Shown here: one piece after another, positions 16,050 through 30,789 of the stretch
Layout of the letters: every line of letters begins with the position of its first letter
How positions within the stretch are numbered: position 1 is the stretch's first letter
Origin: Octopus vulgaris
Lineage: Eukaryota
NCBI GenBank assembly: GCA_951406725.2
Contig: OX597816.1
Span: 86,118,001-86,182,000 of the forward strand
DNA: 64,000 bases
Direction: 5' to 3'
Made by a program: the position numbers and the translations under genes
Notes under the pieces: model-generated
Told to the model about the DNA's origin: nothing
What the model saw: the letters and a program-made list of their open reading frames with translations, nothing else
Databases searched by the model: none

Positions 16050-16205
16050 ATCCGTCACTGAGTTACTCATTCTCAGCTGAGAGAACTGAAACAATGGGAA
16101 ATGAAGTGATCTGTTCATGAACACAAAACAGCAGGTTTGACGATCGAAACCACGATCTAGTGATCATAAGTGCAAATCCTCAAATGCTAAGTTATGCACC
16201 TTCAC
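16050..16205 (-). mobile_element. Old tRNA-derived SINE, family D
   Basis: Minus strand GATCGTGGTTTCGATC (B-box-like) followed by TGTGTTCATGAACAGATCACTTCATTTC; similar relic at 32290-32450 (-). Confidence 0.5.
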
Positions 16206-17589
16206 TTTATTGGATACCTGTTGACTCTCCACTCTATGAAGAGTTTTGTTTTTGTCACGCATGATGCTCATTAAATCACCCTTCTCAATAGAAGGCTTCA
16301 TAGATTGATTGGTTTAGTCGCCGATGACCCGACTATATGAGAGGTTGTACTATGTTACATGTTACAGGTAGCGCTTCACAGCATCATCTTTTATCACTTT
16401 ATCCAATCAGGTCCCAGGCGAAGAGAATAATGTCTCGGCTGTCATTATTTTGTTTTATAGTATTTTAGTTGGGAACCTTCAATTGGTGGTGATGAAGCCA
16501 CTCCTGAGGGTGACCTTTCATATGTTGTTTGTCTCGGGTCTATTTGTAGTGATGTTTCTGCTGTTGCTACAACCGTTGCTGCTCATGTTACCGCTACGTT
16601 CGCGGCTGCCGGTTTTAGTTTTGCTGTTGCTGTCATTGTTGCTGCATTGACCGCGTTCTGTCATTGGCTAAGGCGTTGTTTATACTGTTGACATTGATGT
16701 TGATGTGATTATGGTGTCATCAGAATTGCAGACCTATCTTTCCTCTTGTGCTGTGGACAAAGCCTTAAGAAATTGTGTGTCAATGCATAAGTGACAACTT
16801 GATTTCCTGCTCTCAGTAGCCACGTAGAAATTATCCCGCCTGGGATATTATTTGAAGGCACTTTGTATTTGCTGCTATGTTTCTAGTTTTATTTTCAGGT
16901 TTTGAATTCATATAGTTTTATAAGTTTCAGTTGTCAGACTGGATTCTCAACGGATGGATTCTGGAATATTCAATTATATATTGCAGCAGTTCTCGTGAAA
17001 ATATCTGGCAACGTATACCAATAAGCAGTATATGACTACAACCTGGCCTCAATAATTTGAATATTCCTCGCAAAACTGGAAAATAACTTAAGTAAACAAA
17101 CCAAGTAAAATAACAGAGGACTGACAGACAAACTCAAGGATATTGAAAAGCATAGCAATTACTTCTGATGAAACTATTAATCGGAAGCAAATAAATAAAA
17201 CTATCAAAATGAAAGTACCTTGAAAACAACATGTGTATGTAGAAGAACAGAAGTTCGCATTCTCGTGCACAAGAGAGCAAGAATCTTAAGACATACTCTT
17301 GTGATAGATTTGAGAAGACTTGTCGTTACCAAGCCACTAGATATGAATCCAGCTAATAACTATAGCATGAGATTATAATACATTGACAAAAACGACAATA
17401 AATGACATCAACAACAAAACTTAAAATAATAACAATAATAATAATAATAACAGTAATGATGATGATGATGGTGATGATAATGATGTTAACAAATGAAATG
17501 TTGACGTCAGGACATCGAGTTCTGTGGTGGTAGAAGTCAAGTATGTCAACATCATGCTCAACATATTTTATGGAAACCGATATGAAGCA

Positions 17590-17870
17590 GAGCAAAGCCA
17601 AATTTGATTTAATATACACTGAGAACGTGAAGGTTCGGAAGAAATGCTGCGATGCATTGTGTCCAACTCGCTAATGATTCAGCCAGCATAATATTAATAG
17701 CTGTTTCAATTAGGGGCACAATGCCTGAAATTTGGGGGTGGGGTCGTTAATTACACGAAAATCGGTATATCACTGGTAATTTGCTTTATCGAAACCGAAA
17801 TGATGAAAGATATTCTTAACTCTGAACGTAAATAGCCAGAATCAGTATCAGTGAGCGTTTTCTACCAGAT
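17590..17870 (-). mobile_element. SINE family C, two decayed pieces
   Basis: Degenerate matches to GAAAGGATGAAAGGCAAAGTCGACC..GAACTCAGAACGT of the 24375-24770 copy. Confidence 0.55.
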
Positions 17871-18513
17871 CTAACACATCCAATGCTAATGTGTTTGATA
17901 TATATGTATATGAAAAGAAATTTCATTTGTTTAACGTATTACGCAAAAAGATCAGTTATTCATTGACATTGCTTTATGTTATTCATTCATGATTACATGA
18001 ACTCATATTTTATTCATCTTCTAATGAGATAGATCCTAATTTGAAAGTTATCCGTGTGCTATTTGTAACTGATTGAGCATTATTCGTGGATTCTTCGGGG
18101 AATTTTAACTAGATGAAATATGTTCCTGCTTTCAAAGTGCATGTGATGTTATTTATTTAAACCTCTTACTATAAATATAATAAACAAATAATGGAGAGAA
18201 TTTTAATTTCATAACACCGTTTCTGTTATTCTTGTTACATCTATGTGTCATGTAATAAATTTCTTTTATCTATGTGCACAATGACCAAGAGCAGTTCACA
18301 TAACAAAGGAATTTCAATGAACATTCTCTAAATACACATCCAAATAACTGTTCTTGGCAAGATAAAATTGGAACGCTTTATTAAATATCAACATCCAATT
18401 ATGAGTTTCGATATGTGTGTGTAGCCGCATGCATGAGTGGGCATAGCTATATGCATGTCTATATATCTACATAATTATCTAGCTATATATGTTTATATAT
18501 GAATATATCTATA

Positions 18514-18602
<89 letters not shown>

Positions 18603-20069
18603 ACATATATATATATATATGTATATATGTATATGCATATGCATATATATATATATGTATATGTATATGTGTGTATATATAATATATATATCATATACAC
18701 GCATACATATAGATAGATATACAGAGAGAGGGGAGAATTCTTATATATAAATGTATACACGTTTTGATAGTCCTAACATTAACTCTTTCGTACCAAATGT
18801 ATCCTGCTGACCAGAGAGCTGCGTTTTTGAACTTCATTTACGTACAAATTGCATTTTCATCATTTAATGAAAGAGTGCCAATTCAATTTACAATTCTCTT
18901 TAAAAACGTTGATTTCTGTCTGCAGAAACATTTGGTACCTTAGAATAAACTGCTCTTCTGTAAACAAAACAAGAAAAAAGCTAACGAATTATCTGTTTTA
19001 TTTAACTCCTGGCATTGCGTCCTAAATTTGTGTGTTCTTACTTATATCATATCCTAAACCCATGTGTACGACAGAAGCTATTTCTCTTTCGTTTTCCCAT
19101 AGACTATTAAAAATTTTAGAAGATGCCATCAACAGGTGGAAAGCATTTATTATTGATATTTTAAGTTTTCTTTTCTCACTATCGTTAAAGGGATCTTTAA
19201 CTGTGTTTTAACTGTCATTGAGCAATAAATGATCACATTGTCCACTAATTTGTGACTATAATATAAAACCAATTCTTGAAAAGAAAATGATAATAAAGTT
19301 GTTGCAGATGCATAGTTGTAATATCGGGTCATTACCCTTTAGAAACACACCAGCTCCTTCAATAAATATATTCTTCACAAATCCAAAACCACGTTAGATA
19401 AAAGAAATTGAATGTCACTCTTCATTAACATTGAATTCAAAGGGGAGGTTTTGTTTTTAATCTAATGCCTTTGCATAACTGTAGAAACAATAAGTCATTT
19501 TAACTTAAATACTTTTCTTAGTCTCAACTCAGATTACTGTCGTGTTCCATATAAACTGATACCGATCGATGGCTGATTGCGGAGAAGCTACGCTATTAGC
19601 TATGCCACAGGTGATGATGGAGTTCTATAAGGTTCGAATTGTTTATATAATGCACATTAATTTCGTGCTCTTATTTTATGCATTGCATTTATAACTAAGG
19701 ACTTTTTTCAAATGTTGAACATAACAGGCTTACGAGTTTACGTCTGTCGGTGATCTTATACAATCAATACAATATTCCTATTGGATATATATTGTCAGTG
19801 TATGAAATAGTAATTTTGAATTCCCACAGTATTATTGCTGAAATTTATAATACTAATCTCTGTACTGCAACAGCTACTATTATTGTAAAGGACTGAATTA
19901 AATTAATCAATCTTTAATCTTGAGGAATTACATTCGCTTTTAATTATATTGAAGAATTGCAATGTGATAACGTTGGGGTTTTCTGTTACGAGGTCGCGAA
20001 CAACACTCAATGGTGTAGCGATCAGCCTTGTCTTATGAATCCATGTCTAACTGACATTTGTCATCAATA

Positions 20070-20374
20070 TCTATAAAGCTGAAATGCAAAAAAGTTGTTT
20101 GATTTCTTGGTTATTAGTCTCATTTTGGGATGGGAACGGTTTAAGGGACGGTAGATGGGGTCGGATTGGCGCCAAAATTTATACTGGGGGTAGAATGGGG
20201 TGGGCAATGGTTTGGGGGTGGTTGCAAGTCGCCCGGGGTTACCATTTGGTTTCCATGGTGAGGAATATGAGAAAGGCAAAGAAGAGGAACAGAAGAAGAG
20301 AGGGAAAAGGAGACAACACCCACAAAACAACACCACCACCAAAACCCGAGCGAAGCATGGGTCAAAATAGCTAG
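20070..20374 (+). mobile_element. Non-autonomous Helitron-like element
   Basis: Begins A|TCTATAAAGCTGAA; ends with imperfect hairpin CCCGAGCGAAGCATGGG about 10 nt before CTAG|T; no TSD. Confidence 0.55.
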
Positions 20375-21051
20375 TCTATATAAAATATTGATTTTTGAAA
20401 TAATTGTACCTTTATGCTGTCAACTTTATATTTATCCCTACCTATTTAGCTAGATATCTGTCATGCATTTCAGTTACAGTGATAAAAATAAACTTTGCCG
20501 CAGATCCCCACCTATATTCCGATAACGCCTTATGAAATACCGAGCGCCGGAATCACTCTGTAGTTTTCACAAATTCATTTGCGCGATTTACCCGAATCGA
20601 TCTGGCACCGAAGCCACATCAATGGATACTGAAGAATATCTTGAATCGATGTTTTATTTGTTCTATTTAGTAACATTTAGCGCTCAGTTTTATCAAATTC
20701 TATAAACAGTGTCAACAACATCAAAAACGATTAAAAAGAAACTATCAGCGCCAATAATTACGACAACAACAAATAACAAAGCGAGAGTAAATTTAATCGA
20801 TTCTGAGGAACTGATTTTCCCGTAATTTTGTTTGTTTATGATGATATTCTTATTTCTTTTCCAGTCAGATGTCGATCGTTCATGAAAATGGTTATAGTGA
20901 TTCATATATATACATCAGATTTCACTCGCGCACGCTCACTCCCTTTTTCTCTCTATCTTTCTAACCACCTCCTTGCTCAAAATCATACATGTATGCATAC
21001 CAACACAGACATATATGTACACACCCATCCACGCACAACCAACCCATCTCC

Positions 21052-21143
<92 letters not shown>

Positions 21144-23339
21144 AAATAGAGACATGTGCATATACATCTATACATTTATATTTACATACATGCATACATA
21201 CATACATACATACGTAATACGTACCCACCTAACTACCTTTCTACCTACTTATATACTTGCATACATGCATATCTCTGTGCATGTGTGTAATTATGTATAT
21301 GTATATATTTCTTAAAATCTTCAAATCCAAAGTCAAGCGCATAACAACGCAATACTATACACAATTTTATTTATATATATTTTGAAATATTTTGGTATTC
21401 CTTAACTATCTATCATTTTCTTTTATATATTAACTCTCGTTGATTTTACATACATTTCATGAATGAATAATTATAACACTCCATTTTGAAATTCAAATAT
21501 TAAAGAAAATTAAGAAAAGGCTAAATAAAACGAGAAAATCCAAAATGAAATATAAAATTCACCAGAAATTTCATAACGGAAATATTTCTCTCACAGAATA
21601 TTTCCACGTCTGAAAATATAGTTTTATTTATTTCTGAGTGAGAAAATTACTATATATTTTCAGAAGTGAGGGAAATGTTTATTTTTAAGATAACTGGATT
21701 TCTCAAACGCATTTCTGAAATGAATAAAGATTAAAGAAAACACGACCAAAGTTATTAAACGTACTCTGCACTTGACGATCCCGTAACTTATCTGCTCTAT
21801 ATAAAATGAAAGCATGAACATTTGTTATCGCTTTATACAGAAATTCGAGCAGATTTTGAGCCTATGTCCATTAATTTAGAAATCTTAGATCTTTCTATAA
21901 TTCTTCGTGTTAGAATTGTGTTGAAATAGCTTTAAGCAAATTCAACAGGGATCCAATTTATTAATCATTAACCAGCTGCAACTGTCATGTAGAGGATGCC
22001 GAATTATTTCACGAAACTCATATAAAGATGGCCAATAACTTACTTCCCTTATCTTGCTCAATCAACTCCACAATTTCAAATATGGACATACTTTAATGTA
22101 ATCATATTCAAATATATTATCGAAACGAATTTACAAATTATCTGGAATTATATCGCTTAACACTCATAATGATGCAACTGATGAGATAGCGCGTCAAATT
22201 TAGTTATAAATATTGCCAAATAAACTGCTACCTATGTCTATAAATGCATCTATACATAAGTGTATGTGTGTGTGCCCGCGAGTACGTGTCTATAGTGCAA
22301 GGGGAAAACAAAAGAGATATTTTTAGTAAACGCTTTAACATTTAATATTATTTTATTCACTGTTCGAGTAGTTGGAGGAGACAGTCACACGGCTTGGTCA
22401 TATTTGAACCTCATTGACAAAGCCTAACATTCACATAGTTGCCGATGTAATGAGGAATATTTCACTAATTGCAATTTCATTTAATGACACATGGAAACAC
22501 ACTAGATTAAATAACTCAAAGAGATTTTACATACATATTTAATACATTGTTTTATATAACTATTTCTACATTTATATTTCTAGGTACCTTCTTAATGGTC
22601 CATGAATTATATATTCTCTTATTCGTTTACTTGTTTTAGTCATTTGCCTCAGGCCAAGCGGGAGCACCGAATTAAAAGGTTTTAATTGAAATAATGGACC
22701 CCAGGATTTTAACTGATTCTTTTGCCAAACCATTAAGTTACTATCATAGGATGTCAAGAGATGTCAGAGAGAAAAAAGATATATATATATATATATATAC
22801 ATGCATATTACGGAGATGTACTTGCATAGCATGTGATTTGATTTGAGAGCGTGTGCTGAAACAAAAAGCTTTGCAGCGTGGAAGATATTTGTAAGCCATT
22901 TAAGAACACACAAAAACGTTAGTTCGCTTGAACATTTAAAATTAATTTGTGTCAAAATATTTTCGTCGCTTTGAAACCACGACCTGTTCACTGAAAAAAC
23001 TTCGTGCTGGTTCTTTAAATGGCTCACAAACATCTACCCTTGAAGTTCACTATAGGTCTTCTGAAATAATCCTCATGATAAGTCAATTTTCTTGAGTTTT
23101 ACCTTACTATTCAACAACTGGCTGTTCCCAATCGGTCTATATCGCAACGTATTCAGGCGTGTGCCTCATCTATATATGTAATCTGAAATTCCGAGTATTG
23201 GACTGGTAATACCCAAGACGTATCAGTTCAAACCAATACCGCATATAAATGCTTCCAAAGAGTGTACTACATCTGATATAATCATGCAGCAGATATTGGA
23301 GCTATTCATGCTATACGTAAGCATTATCACCCAGCTGTA

Positions 23340-23690
23340 GAGACGCAAGAGCCCAGTGGTTAGGGCAGCGGACTCACGGTCGTAGGATCGTGGTTTCGAT
23401 TCCCAGACCGGGCGTTGTCAGTGTTTATTGCGCAAAAATACCTAAAGCTCCACGAGGGGTGGGGGCGAACACTGCTGTACTCTTTTACCACAAATTTCTC
23501 TCACTCTATCTTCCTCTTTCTGTCGCACCTGTATTTCAAAGGGCCAGTCTTGTCACACTCTGTGTCATGCTGAATCTCCCTTCAAGAACTACTTTAAGGG
23601 TACACGTGCCTGTGGAGTGCTCACCCACTTGCACGTTAATTTCCGTTGAACGGATCAACTCGTCGTCGTAACCGACGGAGTATCAACAAA
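23340..23690 (+). mobile_element. tRNA-derived SINE, family A (near full length)
   Basis: A-box-like GCCCAGTGG, B box GGTTTCGATTCCC; homologous to 429-612. Confidence 0.85.
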
Positions 23691-24044
23691 ATGTTCATCA
23701 GGAAGACAATTATTATATACCATCAATATTATTATTAATCATTAACGACAGGTTAATCGCTACAGCTTTTCTATATAACTTTAGCCAGCACTGATTTTTG
23801 TTACGACGTTTCCTATCTGAGACGCCTGATACCCTAAACAAGAGATGTAAAGGCCACTGTTAAAGCAGCTGGACACATTATTGACTTATTCAAATATTTA
23901 CAATACTTCATAGTATATTATAGTTGCATAAAGAAATACCCTGACACTACAAATCGTTACCAGCTTGCAGGAATATGTTTAATATGTAAAATTGGTATAT
24001 TCACTAACGTTATACCGCTATATTATTTTTCAGTATTTACAGTT

Positions 24045-24236
24045 AACAGATATTTGTCCTCCTCTTGTTTGTAGTTAACACAATGCTTCGGCTAATACAC
24101 CCTCCAGCCTTCATCAGGTGTCTCATTCCTAACGCATTTTTCGATGTTCTGATTATTATTATTATTATTATATATCGAACTCGGAATCTTGGGGTTAGTA
24201 GCTCGCTCTCTTAACCACTATGCCATATGTCCGTGA
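24045..24236 (-). mobile_element. tRNA-headed SINE with hammerhead-like tail (family E)
   Basis: Minus strand: TGGCATAGTGG (A box)..GAGTTCGAT (B box), (TAA)n, then GACAC-CTGATGA-AGGCT..AGCC-GAAGC-ATT-GTGTT. Confidence 0.7.
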
Positions 24237-24374
24237 TTGTTTACTTGTATATGAAACCAGTTGGAACAGATAAAGATAGCATTTATCTAATTGCTACAAG
24301 CAATCTATACAAAATCAGACAGAGATCAGTAATACGCCGCTTCAGAAACATTTTTACACCAACTCATATAAATA

Positions 24375-24770
24375 TTTTTCTACTCTAGCCACAAGGCCCG
24401 AAATTTGGTGGGAGGGGGCAATCGATTAAATAGACCACAGTAACTGGTACTTAATTTATTGACCCCGAAAGGATGAAAGGCAAAGTCGACCTCGGCGGAA
24501 TTTTGAACTCAGAACATAAAGACAGACGAAATACCTTTTTCTTTACTACCTACAAGGGTCTAAACACAGAGAGGACAAACAAAGACAGACAAACGGATTA
24601 AGTCGATTATATCGGCCCCAGTGCGTAACTGGTACTTATTTAACCGACCCCGAAAGGATGAAAGGCAAAGTCGACCTCGGCAGAATTTGAACTCAGAACG
24701 TAGCGGCAGAGGAAATACTACTAAGCATTTCGCCCGGCGTGCTAACGGTTCTGCCAGCTCGCCGCCTTTA
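24375..24770 (-). mobile_element. SINE family C with internal ~185-bp duplication
   Basis: Head GGCGGCGAGCTGGCAGAA, B box GAGTTCAAATTC; block GAGGTCGACTTTGCCTTTCATCCTTTCGGGGTC occurs twice (about 24463 and 24648). Confidence 0.85.
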
Positions 24771-27700
24771 ACTCATGTAAATATTGTTTAATAAGAGAAG
24801 GCAGTCAGGATTTGGATAAATACTATATTACTATTTATTGAATACTTTCATCATATGTGTATGTGCATATGTGTGCGTGTGTGTATCCCGCATATCTCAA
24901 GAGGACATCAGAAATCACATGGAGTTTCATTGCTCCCATTCACCGCCCTTGCAGACATACTACCAAGTGTAAGTGCCAAGGGAAAGTTGTGACTGCGTCC
25001 ACGTTGCTTATGTATGATTTAACATTCTCGGCACGAGGATTATTCAAGAAATTCTTTAAGAAATCGCTCTTGATTGGTCTATAAGTAATTTTATCTAGGT
25101 AAATAGCAAATAGTACCCTGCTGCCTGAAAGATTTTTATGTGCACATATTTTATTAAATATATGTTGCCGGGGAGAAGAGGAAAATTCTATTACAAAGAC
25201 TAGCAGAAATAGTTTTTCAATATAAGTGAACGTTGTCCGAGAAAGGTGAAATCAAATATATGCACAAAATGAGATCAAATAGATTAATACAAATAGTAAG
25301 TAAAATTACTTACCAATGCATCAAAAACTACTAAAGAACATCATCTTTAAAACTCCAGAAAATACACAAAAGTACAGCGTAAATAACTGTAACAACGTCA
25401 ATGACAATAGCTACAATAAAGAAAAAAATGTACCGTTTTATCTTTTATCCCGACATCAAATATCCAGACAGACTGATACATTTTCAAACGTGACACGATT
25501 TATTAAAAGAAATTTTACGACACAGCACATATATCTAAAAATATTTTATTGAACTAGAATTTTATCTTTAGACATGACATTCACATACCAAAATTTCAGT
25601 AACAAATATTCCAACTTACACTCAGATGACATCAAATAGAACCTATCACAAAAGAGGCAATCTGATTTTATACAAAAATATGTGCACGATGTATATAGAT
25701 AACACAAATAACATTCGGAATCGAATATAAATCACATATTGTAGGCTGAAAGACGATGGAGAAAGAATTCACTTCATAGTCGAATTCCTATTTTAAATGG
25801 AGAAATTACACATAATAAAGTTGATATAAATCCAAAAGAACATACACACAAAGTCATTAATAATCCCAAGTAAAACTTGTTAGCTGCACCACATCACATT
25901 TGGGAGATTCATAGAAATAATTTTAATTATATTCATCCAAACTAAAAAGACAAATGAAATAGGAGGGGGCAATTGTACCTGTGGAACAACAGCGACTTAG
26001 GCAGCTAAGTTACTAATATCGTGATGAAGCATGCATATAAATTAACTCAGCTTTACATTGTATAATTTGGTGGGGAGCTTTTTACCACTCTTCCTGGTGA
26101 AGAAGCTGAAAGCTGGAAGCCTACATTTCATTATATATGCTAACGTCATTGCTATAGCTAGATATTTACCAAAGATCCTTTCTCGTTTGCACGGAGCAAG
26201 GATTGCAGAGATATTGCTGGTTATAATGTGGTTCATCAAAATGAAGTGGGAATATGCATGCTTCAATGCTTATATATTTTTGATACCCTCACAGGTTATT
26301 TCAAAACCAGAGAAATAGGACATAGAGAGATGACGGCTGAGTTATCTCATGTAATTTGAAAGTTTGCAAGTGAGATATGGAAAAAATATTGAATTAAAAT
26401 CTCTTGAGTAGGCCACAGTATTACTGAAGAACCTATTTCTTCACTACTAACTTACATGGCGCGAGAAATATACATCTTGGAGAAAACTGGACGAATACTG
26501 ACAAAAGAGCGACAAAATATTCTTCAGACAATAACTCTGTAGATTAATATCAACAGCAAGGAATCTTTATGGAAGAGGAAATAATCAACTTTATTACTTA
26601 CTTTCAAAGCGTAGACATTAACTCATGCATGTACTGAACACTGTAAATATATAAATGTTCATTTTTTTTCTTTTTGAAAATGTAACCACAAGAGAATCGT
26701 TGACAGTTTTCTTCCCCGTCTTCCCTTCTTTTGGACTTTACTCTGTTTCCGAAGAAGAGCGTCTGTTCGAAAGTTAAATCATCTTTTAGTCCGTGTACTA
26801 AAAGCAATCTGAAAATGTTATCTCTTTCTGCGAAAAAAGAGAAAGAAAGAATGATACTGATTGTTATGCTCGCACTAACAAACTCATTCACAAGGGCTTG
26901 GTCAGTAAAAATGCGACGCAGTGGAGCTGGAATTCAAATATTGCGACTGAGAAACGTATTTCTGAAATACTGAGACACATGAACTTAGGGTTAGCGTACG
27001 GGTAATTCTTCCCAACAGGATGGTAATCCACATCCCGAAATTTTTCAGATATTTACTTATCGACTGATAATAATAATTAGACTACGGTATTAATGAGTAA
27101 TTATATGTTTACAATACTTCTCTCTATTTAGGTGCTTCACATTTTCTGTAGGAAAATAATTAAAGGTATAAGGAATTGCTAACCACAGTGATTTAACTTT
27201 TGTAAATACCTGGTGTATTAACTTTTGTTACTTCTTGAAGTTTGATTTTATGAAGCTTTCTTTCTGTCTTTTTATTCATAGCTACTAGTAAACTTTGAAT
27301 TCCATATCTAATTGGGCCACCTTGCCTCAACGTTTGTACATTATTGTCATCCTACGTAATTCTTCATCGAAACAAATTTGTGATATCCTACGTACATAAG
27401 CTGTAGGGTATATAATCGTAGTTGGAAATTACCGTGGAATTGCATACTCTAATAGATGTAATTGCAATTATCAATGAAATAATAAAAATAGACGTAATTT
27501 TCTTATGTTGGATCTTTTTTCTTCTAAGGTAAATACCTCTTCAAATTGTATTATATTGTTACTTCAAATGTTCTACCGTTAGATTCTAAAGCAATTTGCA
27601 TGTTTTTATATATCTTTGAATCTAGTTATTCTTTTAATCATTAATCGAAGTTTAAACATAGTAATATTACAGAGAATTGGGAAACTAATTGAATTTTCAA

Positions 27701-29156
27701 GAGAGAATACCGAAAACCTATTCAACTATTGTCGCCTGTAGGTTACAATGCCCACCTAAAATGCATATGATGACAAAAAAGAATGAATTTAAAACTAAAC
27801 TATGCCGCTGATGGTATAGGTTAATTTTAAACTACAATCGAATATACAACGCTTTTTATTCACTCTAATGCCGCGAGTTCATACACAACAAACTAACATT
27901 TAAAACTCCAGTACTACAGAACAAGAAATAATTCATTGTTACCTTCTTTTTGCGAATGATTGAACTTATGTGCCCGGAGAATTTTATATGGTAGTAATCT
28001 GTTAACAAAGATTCTCCTACAGACACATAGAAACTGTATATGATAGCTCTCTGAAGTTAGCGATCAGAAATCATTAACGTCAACGAATTGACACTCAAGC
28101 ACACACACACATACACACATACATACACACACATTCACGCTCACACACACATTCAAGGAACTGTTAAGAATTTAGGTTCTATGTGTTCCGATAAATCGAC
28201 TGAAGTTGATGTTTATTTCTTTCCATTGTTTACGTAAAATACGATGTAGTGACAAATAAACTTAACTCGAAATAACTGAAGTTAACGTATGCCTGTATTC
28301 TCTGTGAACCGCATAAGTTATTAAATAGTAAATAATTCACAAAAATCTTGTTTAGTAAAACCTGAAATCTATTTTAAATATATTTCAATTCATTAAATAT
28401 TAATACTACAAAGTTGCACCATATGGACATTGTTAGAATCTCTTACCAAGATCTGATGTGACAAAGTGATATATAGTTCTCTAAAATTTTATCTGCAAAT
28501 AACTGAATAGTTAAAGGCAAATACCCTGATTAAGAGAAGACATATTTCAAACTGTATGGAATAAGTACCTACTTACATTAATATATTTCTTGAAGGCGAG
28601 AGGACAAAATCATGCGAAAATGTAGGAACTTAAGATGAAGTATATTGTCAAGTAGCACAACAGAAAACAATTAGTAAATGATAAGTGATATCGAATGGCA
28701 ACATAGAATCTCAACGTAACTAAAACTACACATCACGAACGAAGTCTTTAACACTTTAGGAACCGGTAAATCGGTCGCACGTATGCAGAAAATAAACTTA
28801 TGAAAATTTCTGGTTTCTCACATCTACACACAGGAAATGTTACCGAATTAATTATTCTTAAATTAATTTCTATTGAATTATTACAAAGAATTGTTGAATT
28901 AAGATACGCAATAATAATAATAATAATAATATAAAAAAAACACAACAATGAATTAATGACTAGATTCCAAATTAGGCATAATACATATTCAGAAATATAA
29001 TATATAATATTTCCTGTCAAATTTCGACAATCAAGATTTAAAGTATCAACAATGTAAGAGACAATAAAAGAATATAAAAAAAATGAAGACTACAATTATG
29101 TTTGTATAAAAGACAAACCGTTTCTGTTAGCAAGTTAAGTAGGATAATCGAAAACT

Positions 29157-29255
<99 letters not shown>

Positions 29256-29334
29256 CTATCTATCTATATATATATATATATATATATCAGACAGCCTATC
29301 TTTCTATTTATATACCAAACTATTAATTATTGAG

Positions 29335-29400
<66 letters not shown>

Positions 29401-29954
29401 GCATACATACTCAGAAATATATAAGCAGACCCTACTTTATTATATAATTTATATCTAAAAGAGTGGCTTCCAGCTAATTCTACAATATACATATTAATAC
29501 AAAACTCATTTATGATGTTAGATTAAATGTACATAGATTGAATTATGAACAATATCAAATTATTTTTTCATATTCTGACTTTATTTTCCTTATTTATCAA
29601 CATTATATTAATATTTAAAGTTTGTTCAAACAAAATATGGGGTTACACAGAATATGGGACATGACTATACAAGTGTAAAGGGACATACATTTTCTTAAGA
29701 CTGAACTTTTTATATTTTTTATTGATTTCCCCATACTACTTCCTAAAATTGACATTTTGAAAGGTCATAAGCCACTGTGAGAAAATGTGTTTATTTACAA
29801 ATATGTTGATAGATATACAATGCGAAGAAAAAAATATAGAAAGGAAAAAAAACAGAAAAATGCTTTGTAATGAAATTTCGATCAAATTGTAAAGAAACCG
29901 TTATCTACCTACCTACTACCTACCTACCTATCTATCTATCTATCTATCTATCTT

Positions 29955-30025
<71 letters not shown>

Positions 30026-30789
30026 CTCTATCAATCTATCAATATATAACTATCTGTCTTTCTGTCTGTCTGTCTGTCTGTCCGTTTGTCCGTTGTCTGT
30101 CAGTCTGTTTGTCTATCTATCTATTCTTTCACCATTGCTTATTATTTTTCCCATTTCTTCATTGTCTTGAAACCTCTCTCTCTCTCTCTCTGTCTATTTC
30201 CCCACCTCTTCGCTTTTCTTTCTTTGTTTACCCCTTTTACCAAAAAACATAAACATTTTTCTCCTCTTCTAAACAAATCAAAAAAATCACCCGATCATCT
30301 GATTCATATAAATAAACAAGGAGACGTTCTGTTATTACCATATTGAATTTGATTTGTCATGACGAATTCAAATAACGAACGAGAGCTCTAATAAAGATTT
30401 ATCCAAAATTCTGACTGTCTCATTTTTCTCAATATACAGTATTTCTCTCTCTCTCTCTACACACACACGCACACACACAAACATATATGTGGTAAGAGCA
30501 GTGGACATAATATTCAGGCAGGAAAATTCCGAGGTTGGCTCCTTCAGATGGTGCGTATTTTTTTTTTTTTTGGCAAACTTCCTTTAGCTCCCATCCGATT
30601 TTACAGATTATTTCCTGGCTACTTAGAGTGAAAAGTACAATATTGATAAGGAGAATGAGGAGAATGAAGAATCTGAACATTCAAGCATTTTGTTTCTTTC
30701 CAGTTAAACGCCGTCTTCGACGGGAGTGTCTATCGTATATGTATACGTGCATACATACACACTTACACGAAGCTGATAATGTTATAAGA

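Noticed and set aside
20146-20222. G-quadruplex-like G runs
   Set aside because: Internal to the Helitron-like repeat; no independent evidence of function.
30429-30680. Minus-strand ORF with a signal-peptide-like start (MFRFFILLILLINIVLFTLSSQ)
   Set aside because: Hydrophobicity arises from a GAGAAT-type repeat. The ORF runs through an A tract into (TG)/(AG) repeats, with no domain or convincing splice donor.
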